Shown here: positions 1 through 8,285 of the stretch, one piece after another
Numbering within the stretch: the first letter of the stretch is position 1
Layout: every line of letters begins with the position of its first letter
Source of the DNA: an uncultured virus (IMG/VR IMGVR_UViG_3300037563_000115)
Lineage: Duplodnaviria; Heunggongvirae; Uroviricota; Caudoviricetes
IMG/VR virus record: IMGVR_UViG_3300037563_000115
Direction: 5' to 3' (one strand)
Length of the DNA stretch: 20,000 nt
The notes under the pieces: model-generated
Database searches by the model: none
What the model was told of the DNA's origin: nothing
What the model saw: the letters and a program-made list of their open reading frames with translations, nothing else
Made by a program: the position numbers and the translations under genes

Positions 1-34
1 GACAAAATTGTTTTATGGGGGATTTAGGAACCAT
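1..34 (-). CDS. 5' end of a gene running off the window edge (MVPKSPIKQFC...), possibly related to the HNH-like gene at 4325-4642
   Basis: ATG at 34 immediately after the HD-Pnk stop; KQFC matches the start KKQFCKRGH of 4325-4642 (shared AAAACAATTTTGT). Only 11 codons visible. Confidence 0.35.
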   Translation of the reverse strand, partial: MVPKSPIKQFC

Positions 35-35
35 G

Positions 36-1235
36 TTATGACTCTATAATCCTCACACTATCAGCTTCTACAGGATGAATATATTCCAAAGCTTTGTAGA
101 AACGTTCTACAACTGTTTCAGGAACTTTCTTCTCTCTGTTTGCATTTCTTTCTAACAAAGTCTTTAAAGGGAGATCCCAAAAAATAGCGGAACACAAAGC
201 CCCATGCTCTCTAGCAATTCTAAATAGTATTTTACGCAATTTAAAAGTAGGATTTGTACAATCCACTATACAACTCTGTCTATTTTTCATAGCTTCTCTA
301 AGTGTATGTTCTTGCCAACCAAATATTTCATTATTTCTAGACTGATCATTTATATCACCGCATAACTTTTTTCTTTGGTCATCCATTGATATAACCTTAG
401 CTTGGGGATACTGTTTCTCTAATTGATTTCTAACCGTAGTTTTTCCGCTTGCAGGAGCCCCAATTAGCAAAAGTATTTGAAAGGGGGGAATAGGCTTCCC
501 CATAATTTCTTTAGCTTCGTCTAGTGTTTCAATTGTTTCAGGAGCATCTTCAACTAAAATATTCCACCTAGCCAAAGAATAAGAAGCATTATCAAGATGG
601 GTAGCTAGAGGTATTCTGTAATTCTTATTCCAGCATCCTGAATCAAGGCAATTTTGACGAAAAAGTTCCAAGGCAAACATCCCCGTTCTCATATCTGCTG
701 CCTTACGACCTAATGTATCAGCTTGAGAGAGAAGATAAAGAAGTTTGGTATTCACAACTAATGAGAGCATCTTGAGTTTATTTATTGTAATTCCATCTGT
801 GACATTCTTTCGGGCATCCATATGATATCTTATCAAATTCAATATTTGAAGTCTCATTGGATATTTAAACTCTGGAAAGTATTTAAATAAAAATTCTTTA
901 GCTAACCACACACCATCTTTTTCATGCCCGTAAGCAGTGACAGTACCTTTTTTAGGATGGATTGAATAGGTTGCTGGCTTGCCAATATCGTGAAGAATTG
1001 CACTTAAATATAGAGCAATTTGATTTTCCTTCTTTTCAATATGTTCTGCTTCCATAAGTTGTAGAACTACACTAGAGGCCATTTGGCTATGCACAAGAAC
1101 GCTGCCCTCTAGATGGTGAGGAGGGCTCTGCTGGCAATCAGCCATTAATTTGAACTCAGGTATCTCTTCTACATACTGAAAAAGATCTACTGGCTGTAAA
1201 GCAATTACCTTATCATGGAACTCTTGCAGACTCAT
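36..1235 (-). CDS. HD-Pnk: N-terminal HD phosphoesterase fused to C-terminal P-loop polynucleotide kinase
   Basis: HHLEGSVLVHS, LHDIGKP, YGHE, YHM, ADTLGR (HD domain); GAPASGKTT, SMDDQR, VDCTN, RNANREKKVP (T4 Pnk/AAA_33-type kinase). Confidence 0.85.
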   Translation of the reverse strand: MSLQEFHDKVIALQPVDLFQYVEEIPEFKLMADCQQSPPHHLEGSVLVHSQMASSVVLQLMEAEHIEKKENQIALYLSAILHDIGKPATYSIHPKKGTVTAYGHEKDGVWLAKEFLFKYFPEFKYPMRLQILNLIRYHMDARKNVTDGITINKLKMLSLVVNTKLLYLLSQADTLGRKAADMRTGMFALELFRQNCLDSGCWNKNYRIPLATHLDNASYSLARWNILVEDAPETIETLDEAKEIMGKPIPPFQILLLIGAPASGKTTVRNQLEKQYPQAKVISMDDQRKKLCGDINDQSRNNEIFGWQEHTLREAMKNRQSCIVDCTNPTFKLRKILFRIAREHGALCSAIFWDLPLKTLLERNANREKKVPETVVERFYKALEYIHPVEADSVRIIES

Positions 1236-1690
1236 TGCACAAGTCCTTTCAATTCCTCTGTAAGCTTCTTAATCTTTTTGCCCAGTTCAGCATACTCCTC
1301 ACGAAAGGGCTGCACCTTTCTCCAATCCAATATCATATGCCAACTATGTCTAATTATCTCAAGGAATACTCCAGCTATACCCGCATACCAAAATTTCCAT
1401 ACCCATACGAGAGGAAATATCTTATGCATACCAAGCATCAAGACTGAAACACTCACTCCTGCAATTATACTTAATCCAATACTTAGCAATTCATTCTTAC
1501 GAAGCTTTGCATATTCATCAAAGACCATATCCACAATTTCAGGTGGAACCATCTTTGAAAGATACTTAAGCTCTGACAACTTAGAAGCGTATAGAAAATC
1601 TTTTCGCTCCTGTGAACCTTCAGGATAAGACAAGTAGATCAAACGCTTACAACGTAAAAGATCTATTCTTACAAGATCAGGATCAAGCAC
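1232..1690 (-). CDS. hypothetical membrane protein (about 2 TM segments, C-terminal coiled coil)
   Basis: GTG start with AAGGAG RBS; hydrophobic LLSIGLSIIAGVSVSVLML and FWYAGIAGVFLEII; ATGA overlap with HD-Pnk. Confidence 0.65.
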   Translation of the reverse strand: MLDPDLVRIDLLRCKRLIYLSYPEGSQERKDFLYASKLSELKYLSKMVPPEIVDMVFDEYAKLRKNELLSIGLSIIAGVSVSVLMLGMHKIFPLVWVWKFWYAGIAGVFLEIIRHSWHMILDWRKVQPFREEYAELGKKIKKLTEELKGLVQ

Positions 1691-1704
1691 GTAAAACTCC
1701 TTAC

Positions 1705-1815
1705 TTATTCTTTAGTATTAAAAACTATATAGAGAACAGCAGCCAATACAACAGTAACAGCCACATATCCCAATACAATACTCGTTATTACAAAAGAGAC
1801 ATCGATAGGATTCAT
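1705..1815 (-). CDS. 36-aa single-TM peptide (MNPIDVSFVITSIVLGYVAVTVVLAAVLYIVFNTKE), not in ORF track
   Basis: AGGAGGT RBS upstream of ATG at 1815, directly below promoter P1; hand translation. Confidence 0.7.
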   Translation of the reverse strand: MNPIDVSFVITSIVLGYVAVTVVLAAVLYIVFNTKE

Positions 1816-1832
1816 TTTAAACCTCCTAATTC

Positions 1833-1861
1833 AGTATAACAGATTATCAGCTATCTGTCAA
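1833..1861 (-). promoter_or_regulatory. sigma70-type promoter P1 (TTGACA-17-TATACT, extended -10 TG)
   Basis: minus strand TTGACA GATAGCTGATAATCTGT TATACT. Confidence 0.85.
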
Positions 1862-2400
1862 GTCCTTTTCTTTTTATTTGCTCCTTTATTAACTGCATCA
1901 GTTGCATTTTTAATAGCTGCATCAAAATAGGCTTTATTTTTAATATGCTGCTTAACATATCTCTTAAAAATAAATTTCGCAGCTAATTTAATATCAGGAA
2001 ATGTATGATCCGCAGGAACAAGTATGTTCACCCATCCCATAAAATCACCAGCAAGTCTTTGGGGCGCGATCATGATAACAGGTATCCCGATAATCTGAGC
2101 ATATCTCCATTCAAGTAATGTCCCCTCAGAAACTACGTCACCAGTAAGAACCAAGATTGCATCTGATCTGCGAATCAAAAACAAATCATGATCCACCATC
2201 GAAGACATTACGCGCCTCGTGAACTTTGCACTTATCTTTGCCCGTTTATTTCTATCCCACAACAATTCTTCACTAGCTGCTGGGTCCACAGCCCTAATCC
2301 CGTAACGAGCTAATTCAGTGGTAGCGCGTTTACGTTCAGACTTTACATCTTCAACGTATCTGTTGCTCATCTTGCCACTCAAATATACTCTGAGAGACAT
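1858..2400 (-). CDS. nucleoside 2-deoxyribosyltransferase (NDT)-fold protein
   Basis: VYLSGKM, DLFLIRRSDAILV, SEGTLLEWRYA..IGIPVI pattern typical of the NDT superfamily; GGAGGT RBS. Confidence 0.7.
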   Translation of the reverse strand: MSLRVYLSGKMSNRYVEDVKSERKRATTELARYGIRAVDPAASEELLWDRNKRAKISAKFTRRVMSSMVDHDLFLIRRSDAILVLTGDVVSEGTLLEWRYAQIIGIPVIMIAPQRLAGDFMGWVNILVPADHTFPDIKLAAKFIFKRYVKQHIKNKAYFDAAIKNATDAVNKGANKKKRT

Positions 2401-2434
2401 AGAATTTACCTCCTATATAAAAATTCCCCCAAAT

Positions 2435-2662
2435 TTACTTTACTACTGGAGGTGGAGTAGCTGTAACTGGTGCTGCAGGTGCTGGAGCTGGTGTTACTAC
2501 TGGTTTCTCTGCAACTGGCTCTACTGGTTTATCTACAACTGGTGGAACCACTGGAGCTACAGGCTTCACTACTGGCTTTTCTGTCACCATATCTCGAAGC
2601 CATGGGGCAACTCTCTGGAACGGTGGTGGTGGTGTCTGGGGTGGTAGCGGATTTTCTGGCAT
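2435..2662 (-). CDS. small Pro/Val-rich low-complexity protein
   Basis: AAGGAG RBS; repeated (E/D)KPVV/PV units. Confidence 0.6.
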   Translation of the reverse strand: MPENPLPPQTPPPPFQRVAPWLRDMVTEKPVVKPVAPVVPPVVDKPVEPVAEKPVVTPAPAPAAPVTATPPPVVK

Positions 2663-2674
2663 TGTATTTCTCCT

Positions 2675-2902
2675 TTATTTAGTAACTTTAGAACGAAAAT
2701 TTCCATCAACAAATAAACCGTCTGGGTATCTATGAATGGACCAATAGCCTCTCATAGCTTTTGATTCTGTTGTACCTATAAGCCAAAGTTGAGAATAATC
2801 AGAATTATACAATACTTTTACAATATGGCCATCCTCATCTTGGATAGACATGACAAATAAACTATTCTTCTGTTTCGGTGACTGATTTTCGAATAGAGTC
2901 AT
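2675..2902 (-). CDS. hypothetical protein
   Basis: ORF track 2675-2908; second ATG (2902) is better spaced from GGAG. Confidence 0.55.
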   Translation of the reverse strand: MTLFENQSPKQKNSLFVMSIQDEDGHIVKVLYNSDYSQLWLIGTTESKAMRGYWSIHRYPDGLFVDGNFRSKVTK

Positions 2903-3065
2903 CTTCAATCTCCTTATTCATTTCAGCGACATAATAATTGAATATTGCAAAAAATGCTCCTGCACCCAACACCCATAAAATATGAAATGTAGCTCCCAAT
3001 ACTGCTACCATAATATTTATACCACACATCACATAGCTCCACTTAGAATTTAAGATAGGTTTCAT
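2862..3065 (-). CDS. small 2-TM membrane protein
   Basis: ORF track 2862-3086; ATG at 3065 preferred; hydrophobic core. Confidence 0.55.
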   Translation of the reverse strand: MKPILNSKWSYVMCGINIMVAVLGATFHILWVLGAGAFFAIFNYYVAEMNKEIEDDSIRKSVTETEE

Positions 3066-3201
3066 ATGCACTCTTCGAATCTTCAACGCCTTGCTTATAA
3101 TATCCCATATGCCATTCTAAGGTATCAAAAAATGCTGTAGCAGCAAAGAAAGCAACAACAAAAGTAACTAGTAAAATAACTCCAGTAGTTAATGCTCTCA
3201 T
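3043..3201 (-). CDS. 52-aa single-TM peptide (MRALTTGVILLVTFVVAFFAATAFF...), not in ORF track
   Basis: ATGA overlap with RNA ligase stop; hand translation; fills the gap exactly. Confidence 0.6.
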   Translation of the reverse strand: MRALTTGVILLVTFVVAFFAATAFFDTLEWHMGYYKQGVEDSKSAYETYLKF

Positions 3202-4328
3202 ATTTTAGTCCTTCCATCTACATGCTCTATCTCACCTAACACTTTAAACATCTGTTTCCTATCTACTTGCTTTCCATCTAACAAGCTAAATAGAAACCCC
3301 TTTAAATGAGCTGGAACATTTTTTATGACCCACGCTGCATACTCTTTCCTGGGTCCCTCTTTAGGAGCTTTCTCAAACCAAGTATAGCATTCTTTTTCTA
3401 ATTGTGCAACCCTTTTCTGAAAATAAGTAATTTTATCTAATACTTCTCGGCGATACTCTTCTGGAGCTAAAGTAGCCAAATTAGGTGCTGTACCATCAGA
3501 TACAGCTTCTAAGATGTTCCTATCGCTTAAATGGCTTATAAAGCGGTGGGCGGCCAAATAAGCACTACCCTTGACCTTGACCATTATATCCGCTGGAAAC
3601 CTTAAAACGAACCCTTCATCGAGGACTGGCAGACCCTTGGCAGTCTCAATAAGCTGATCTAATGAACTAAATGAATAAGTCTTAAATGTAGGCATTTTAA
3701 GCTTCTCAGCCATTATAGCCAATTCATGGAACGAGGCCAATTTATTAGAAACATGATGTTTATACCCGATAGGGTATAATCCTTCAGGATAACCCTTTTT
3801 AGCGTAGTCAATAACGATCTGAAAGCGTTTTGTAACTAATTCAAACATAAGTGTACCCTTTAGGGTATAATCTCGCAATAGCTCTTCCTGCTCAAAAGTA
3901 AGAGGTAACTCATTAGCATACTTTCCATGCTCCGAATCAAAGGAACCTTTAGTAGTGAAAGTAACTGTATCCGTATTGGGGTCAAGGAAGGTAATAATTA
4001 GGGACCCGTCAAGCTTCTCACTTGTCTGAAACTCACCAAGAGAAACAAGATTATCATAAGAGGTTTCAGGCATCTGTCCAAGATTAAAGAACTTATCAAA
4101 AGGATAAGCAAGGACCTTTCTATTCTTCATATCCAGGATAAGTCCACGAGACATACGAGCAAAAGTATTCCAAGTATTATCCCAGGTGCAAGAGTCCTGA
4201 TAGTGAAGCATTACGACATTTGGAAATCTAACAGATTCAATCACATAGACAGAATTAGTTTGAGCATGTTCCTTAAGCCCAGCTAAGTCCCATAATTTAT
4301 TGCTCGTGATATACTGCTCTGGTGTCAC
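3198..4328 (-). CDS. T4 Rnl1-like ATP-dependent RNA ligase
   Basis: RGLIL, YPFDKFFN, motif I EKLDGS, TKGSF, FELV, DEGFVL, VKVK nucleotidyltransferase motifs. Confidence 0.9.
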   Translation of the reverse strand: MTPEQYITSNKLWDLAGLKEHAQTNSVYVIESVRFPNVVMLHYQDSCTWDNTWNTFARMSRGLILDMKNRKVLAYPFDKFFNLGQMPETSYDNLVSLGEFQTSEKLDGSLIITFLDPNTDTVTFTTKGSFDSEHGKYANELPLTFEQEELLRDYTLKGTLMFELVTKRFQIVIDYAKKGYPEGLYPIGYKHHVSNKLASFHELAIMAEKLKMPTFKTYSFSSLDQLIETAKGLPVLDEGFVLRFPADIMVKVKGSAYLAAHRFISHLSDRNILEAVSDGTAPNLATLAPEEYRREVLDKITYFQKRVAQLEKECYTWFEKAPKEGPRKEYAAWVIKNVPAHLKGFLFSLLDGKQVDRKQMFKVLGEIEHVDGRTKI

Positions 4329-4642
4329 TTGTTATTCACCCAATACTTAACTTCTAATGCTGTCTTTTTCTTATGATCAGGAATAGTTAATGGCTGAATA
4401 TTTTTATAATTAACTGCCTTAAGAAATTGTTTCCTATTAGTTAAATCAAATTTCCACAAGGAAACTACATGGTCAAGTTGCCAATATTTCCCATAATTAT
4501 TCCAAGTCATTCCTCCATAGAACTTTTTCTCGATGTATCTCTTAAAATATTTGATAGAACATCTCCCAAATTTATTTCGTCCTTTAGGGAGAAAAGTATC
4601 ATGCCCTCTTTTACAAAATTGTTTTTTCCACCCTTTAGCCAT
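4325..4642 (-). CDS. short, possibly internally deleted HNH/endonuclease VII-like protein
   Basis: N-terminal FCKRGH...GRC joined directly to GMTWNNYGKYWQLDHVVSLWKFDL...NYKNIQPL, an HNH-type nuclease core. Confidence 0.65.
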   Translation of the reverse strand: MAKGWKKQFCKRGHDTFLPKGRNKFGRCSIKYFKRYIEKKFYGGMTWNNYGKYWQLDHVVSLWKFDLTNRKQFLKAVNYKNIQPLTIPDHKKKTALEVKYWVNNK

Positions 4643-5132
4643 GTTTCTTTTCCTTTTTCAGTAATTCTTTTTTATCATAAATTAATTGCAAATAATCGAC
4701 ATTATTTATTGTCTCAAGCTGAATTGAGCACGTCACTCTTCCTTTTCGTACAACTCGATCCTGAATCCTTTTGATTAAATATGGGCAACGATATGTACCA
4801 ACCTGGATAATAATTGGATAATCAATCCATTCAAGACCCGTCAATTTGAAAAATGTTGATCTTTTCTTAAGCAGCATATCAGTAAACTCAGCTCGAACAT
4901 TCCTAAGTTTTAGCCATTTCTTAAGCTTAGGAGCACTTTCCTCAAATGCTTTCGCCGTGGTCTTCTCACCTGTCACAGCATTAATGATTCCAACAGTCAC
5001 TTTGTTAGGTTGCCATTTTTTATTATAAACATATACTCGTCTTTTAGTTTTATGCCTTCCCAATTGAGACCAAAAGCTTTGTTGATTGGTAGCAAGCCTT
5101 ACAAATGTTTTCTGAATTCGATTGAGGCTCAT
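4635..5132 (-). CDS. basic hypothetical protein
   Basis: 165-aa ORF overlapping both neighbours, GAAGGT RBS. Confidence 0.65.
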   Translation of the reverse strand: MSLNRIQKTFVRLATNQQSFWSQLGRHKTKRRVYVYNKKWQPNKVTVGIINAVTGEKTTAKAFEESAPKLKKWLKLRNVRAEFTDMLLKKRSTFFKLTGLEWIDYPIIIQVGTYRCPYLIKRIQDRVVRKGRVTCSIQLETINNVDYLQLIYDKKELLKKEKKHG

Positions 5133-5677
5133 TTACCTTCCCCCTGATTCAAAATTTCATCAACCTTGTCATTAATTTTCTGAGTAACATTTTCAGCCAC
5201 CTGCTGCTTAATCTGTTCTCGCAAATCCTCTGTCTCGACAGGATCAAGCAATGTCTCTGTAGACATCTTTGTAACAGCATCATCTACCATTTTATTATAT
5301 TTCTTCTTAGATCGTCTCTTACCCTTCTTATCAGTCTTGGAAATAAGCTTTAAAGTATTTGTATGATCTTTATGCTTTTTGATTCGGGTATAAATAATTA
5401 GTGCTGTTGCAGTTCCAGTAACAGTGCCTAACGTGTAGGTTATATAAGGACTTAGCAACCAAAAATCATGAGTACCATGCAAAAACTTTTCCCAAAATAC
5501 TACTATTGTCCCAAAAATATACAGGTTGACCCCCATCTCGAACGTTTTATTCACCAATTGGAACATAATTGTAGAGAAAAGCTTTAGCCTCGACAAAAGA
5601 ATTTTTTGATATTGGTCTATCACATACTCAACAAGCCCAATAAAGAACAGTCCGATTGAAAGCCATAGGAGATTCAT
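5129..5677 (-). CDS. membrane protein (about 3 N-terminal hydrophobic segments, basic then acidic C-tail); holin candidate
   Basis: hydrophobic N-half, KKGKRRSKKK; directly downstream of the SLT gene. Confidence 0.5.
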   Translation of the reverse strand: MNLLWLSIGLFFIGLVEYVIDQYQKILLSRLKLFSTIMFQLVNKTFEMGVNLYIFGTIVVFWEKFLHGTHDFWLLSPYITYTLGTVTGTATALIIYTRIKKHKDHTNTLKLISKTDKKGKRRSKKKYNKMVDDAVTKMSTETLLDPVETEDLREQIKQQVAENVTQKINDKVDEILNQGEGK

Positions 5678-5686
5678 AACACCCTC

Positions 5687-6274
5687 TTATTTGTCATTCA
5701 AAACTAAATCCACAGCAATCTTTCGCTTCATAAATGCCTTCCAATATTTTTGAGAATACTTGCCACTCTTAAATCTAATTAATCCATTATAGGCCATAAT
5801 AGCTTTTTTATAATCAGGATATTTCTTATACTTGCCATCTAACACTCTAAAGGCCATGTGAGTATTAATATTTACGTCATAATAGTTCTTATGGATATTA
5901 AAATCCCCAAACTCATCTGGCATAATTTGAAAGATCCCACGTTCTCCATGCGTTCCACCCTCATACTGATGAAAACCTGATTCAATCCAAGCTAAAGCAA
6001 TGAAATCATTCCTAGTGAAAGGACCATTAGGATAGTACTTTATTAAATTCTTATCAATTTCTTTAAGCATTGAAACTACAACAGCCATATGAACTGGCAA
6101 TCCCTCTCGAAATAACAAATCATTTAAATCTGCTGCTTGTTTATAATAAACCAATTCCGTTTGAACTTTAGCTGGGGCACTTGCATGACTAGCAAGCACA
6201 AGTCCACTATCTAATGGAATAGAGAATAGACATATAGACAAACCAACTAAGGATATCTTATGATGCACTCTCAT
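5687..6274 (-). CDS. SLT-family lytic transglycosylase with N-terminal signal/SAR-like segment
   Basis: ALAWIESGF (catalytic Glu), GERGIFQIMP, NIN, AIMAYNG; N-terminal ISLVGLSICLFS...ASHASA; GGAGG RBS. Confidence 0.85.
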   Translation of the reverse strand: MRVHHKISLVGLSICLFSIPLDSGLVLASHASAPAKVQTELVYYKQAADLNDLLFREGLPVHMAVVVSMLKEIDKNLIKYYPNGPFTRNDFIALAWIESGFHQYEGGTHGERGIFQIMPDEFGDFNIHKNYYDVNINTHMAFRVLDGKYKKYPDYKKAIMAYNGLIRFKSGKYSQKYWKAFMKRKIAVDLVLNDK

Positions 6275-6286
6275 AATTTCCTCCCT

Positions 6287-6478
6287 TTACTTCAATGGCT
6301 CCTGGCAATAACATTTAGAATGTCTTACTAATTTACTGTCTATTCCTCCAACTCGTTTCCAATTACTTTTTGAATCTTTAATAAAATCAATCATTTTGCC
6401 ACAATAATAGCATAACTGATACCAAGGTGCACCTTTACTTGTTAATGCTGGTCCCAATTGCCATTTAGATTTTTCCAT
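6287..6478 (-). CDS. small Cys/His protein (CYYC...HSKCYC), probably leaderless
   Basis: ATG lies 7 nt downstream of the -10 box of P2, with no room for an RBS. Confidence 0.6.
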   Translation of the reverse strand: MEKSKWQLGPALTSKGAPWYQLCYYCGKMIDFIKDSKSNWKRVGGIDSKLVRHSKCYCQEPLK

Positions 6479-6484
6479 ACAATA

Positions 6485-6513
6485 AGTATATCAGATAGTT
6501 AGCAATATGTCAA
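6485..6513 (-). promoter_or_regulatory. sigma70-type promoter P2
   Basis: TTGACA TATTGCTAACTATCTGA TATACT. Confidence 0.85.
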
Positions 6514-6532
6514 GGCCCAATTTTACTCTATT

Positions 6533-6823
6533 TTAATAGCCAAATTGATAGATTACAGATACCCCAAATCCTAACACCATCAAATGTCCTTCCCATGAAA
6601 TATCACTACAATGGCTTAATTGAAGCAACGTAGGAGCAGAAATAGAAAATAAACGTTCCCATTCACCATAGTCATTCCTTTCTTGAGTAGGAAGAGTAAT
6701 AGAAGGAACTCTTAAAGCTAATGTGATCCAAGGAAATTCTTTTCTAGGAAAATTAGAACTTCTATTATTAAAAAGCTTAATCGTCCAAGTGTTTAATTTA
6801 AGTTCAAATCGTCCAATAGTCAT
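6533..6823 (-). CDS. hypothetical protein
   Basis: ORF with ATGA overlap to the exonuclease gene. Confidence 0.6.
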   Translation of the reverse strand: MTIGRFELKLNTWTIKLFNNRSSNFPRKEFPWITLALRVPSITLPTQERNDYGEWERLFSISAPTLLQLSHCSDISWEGHLMVLGFGVSVIYQFGY

Positions 6824-7386
6824 ATAATTCCCTTATCTAGATCTCGTAGTTTCTTTAACACTTCAATTGTAGCCCAGGTATCACCAAAAGCCGTATGCAA
6901 CCCACGCATAGGTACATCAAAATATTCTCCCAATTCTTTCAATGAGCCTCCCAAATCTCTAGGTACTTTTCCAGTAAGTTTAAGAAATTGAACAATACAT
7001 CCTGTATCCAGATATCGGTAGGATACAAATTTATTCCAATTCTTTGTGAGATGTTCTTTGATAAATTCAATATCATGTTCTATACCGTGTCCCACTGGCA
7101 TTAATTTCACAGATCCCTGGGGAGAATGCTCTTCTAAAAATTCATACAATAAAGTAGCAGCTTTACTCTCTGTAACAGCTTCTTTATCATGCTGCACTAA
7201 GTCAATACCATTTACTTCCAAAGCTTCTCCTCTAACAAGATAATTACCATCATTGGGCTTACTCTTCAAATCAAGTTCTCCGTAAACTGTTTGAAGATCT
7301 TCATCTAGCACAACAAAATAAGCAGACAGAAGGGAGTGCTTTATCTCAGGACCACCACTCTCCAAATCCATTATTATATATTTCAA
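6820..7386 (-). CDS. DEDDh (DnaQ-like) 3'-5' exonuclease
   Basis: ExoI MDLESGG, ExoII GHGIEHDIEFI, YLDT, ExoIII HTAFGDT; TTG start. Confidence 0.88.
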   Translation of the reverse strand: MKYIIMDLESGGPEIKHSLLSAYFVVLDEDLQTVYGELDLKSKPNDGNYLVRGEALEVNGIDLVQHDKEAVTESKAATLLYEFLEEHSPQGSVKLMPVGHGIEHDIEFIKEHLTKNWNKFVSYRYLDTGCIVQFLKLTGKVPRDLGGSLKELGEYFDVPMRGLHTAFGDTWATIEVLKKLRDLDKGII

Positions 7387-7590
7387 TTAATCACTCCACG
7401 GATTCTCTACACCACCATGAAGCTCTTCATCCAAAATATCCTCTTCTTCTACCAGTGGTTCTCGCAAAGACCATTCTAAATCAATGAGAGCATTCATAAC
7501 ATCAACTTTAGCTTCAAAATGTTCTAAAGCAGCTATACACGTTATAGCAGTTTGGATAGCCTCTCGTGCTTGCTCTTTTGAAGTTACCAT
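7387..7590 (-). CDS. small acidic hypothetical protein
   Basis: AAGGAG RBS, abuts neighbours. Confidence 0.6.
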   Translation of the reverse strand: MVTSKEQAREAIQTAITCIAALEHFEAKVDVMNALIDLEWSLREPLVEEEDILDEELHGGVENPWSD

Positions 7591-7697
7591 GAATAGTGCT
7601 CCTTATCATTCATTAGTTCTTCCAAATCTTTAAGCAATTGCAACGTTGTTGGATAATCTTCTATTTTAATCTCAGATTGTTTCTTAGATTTCTTCAT
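7584..7697 (-). CDS. 37-aa peptide (MKKSKKQSEIK...), not in ORF track
   Basis: GGAGG RBS, ATGA overlap with upstream peptide; hand translation. Confidence 0.5.
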   Translation of the reverse strand: MKKSKKQSEIKIEDYPTTLQLLKDLEELMNDKEHYSW

Positions 7698-7795
7698 AGA
7701 TATGCCTCCATAATATTGCCTAGTACTCCCACAGCTGCGAATGCATTAATGATAATAAGACCTCGGACAACCCATTTCAACCTAAAGTCACTCAT
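7694..7795 (-). CDS. 33-aa hydrophobic peptide (MSDFRLKWVVRGLIIINAFAAVGVLG...), not in ORF track
   Basis: GGAG RBS, ATGA overlaps at both ends. Confidence 0.5.
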   Translation of the reverse strand: MSDFRLKWVVRGLIIINAFAAVGVLGNIMEAYL

Positions 7796-8028
7796 CCGAC
7801 TAGCTCCAAGACCTGAGATTCCAACATCACATACTGGCAAGCAACACAGATATAATGTCTATCTACTCGTTCCAATCGAACCAATTTGCAGCGAGGACAA
7901 AGCACATTCTCCAGTTCAGGATTATGCCCTGCTGGATTATAGACTTCACAAAAACAAGTGTTGCACTTAGAACTATGCCTGTAGTATTCATGGCCACATT
8001 CACAATCAAGTTTCTTGTACATAATCAT
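7792..8028 (-). CDS. double Zn-finger microprotein
   Basis: CECGHEYYRH..KCNTCFC plus CPRC...CVAC. Confidence 0.65.
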   Translation of the reverse strand: MIMYKKLDCECGHEYYRHSSKCNTCFCEVYNPAGHNPELENVLCPRCKLVRLERVDRHYICVACQYVMLESQVLELVG

Positions 8029-8285
8029 TTTCCCTTTCCAAGTTTCTTTTTGTCATACTTATATTCAAGATACTCTAAGTTATCTTCAGGTTCATAATTA
8101 GAGCAGTCACATCTTTCGTATCTTCCTGTGGCAAGTAACTTAGCATCTAAACATATGATGGGCCTAGCTCCTTGAAAATGCCCCATTCGCACATGGCCAC
8201 AATTTCTACACTTGCCCATAGCTTTTTTAAATTCGGACATACTCCCTAAACCAAAAATCTCCTCTGAATCGCCACGCTTACTCAT
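8025..8285 (-). CDS. CxxCGHxxxxH Zn-finger microprotein
   Basis: CRNCGHVRMGH...C...CDC; ATG at 8285 preferred over the track's 8315. Confidence 0.65.
   Translation of the reverse strand: MSKRGDSEEIFGLGSMSEFKKAMGKCRNCGHVRMGHFQGARPIICLDAKLLATGRYERCDCSNYEPEDNLEYLEYKYDKKKLGKGK

Noticed and set aside
2435..2662. Repetitive ACTGG-rich DNA as a non-coding repeat array
   Set aside because: Explained by Pro-Val codons of a low-complexity ORF with an RBS
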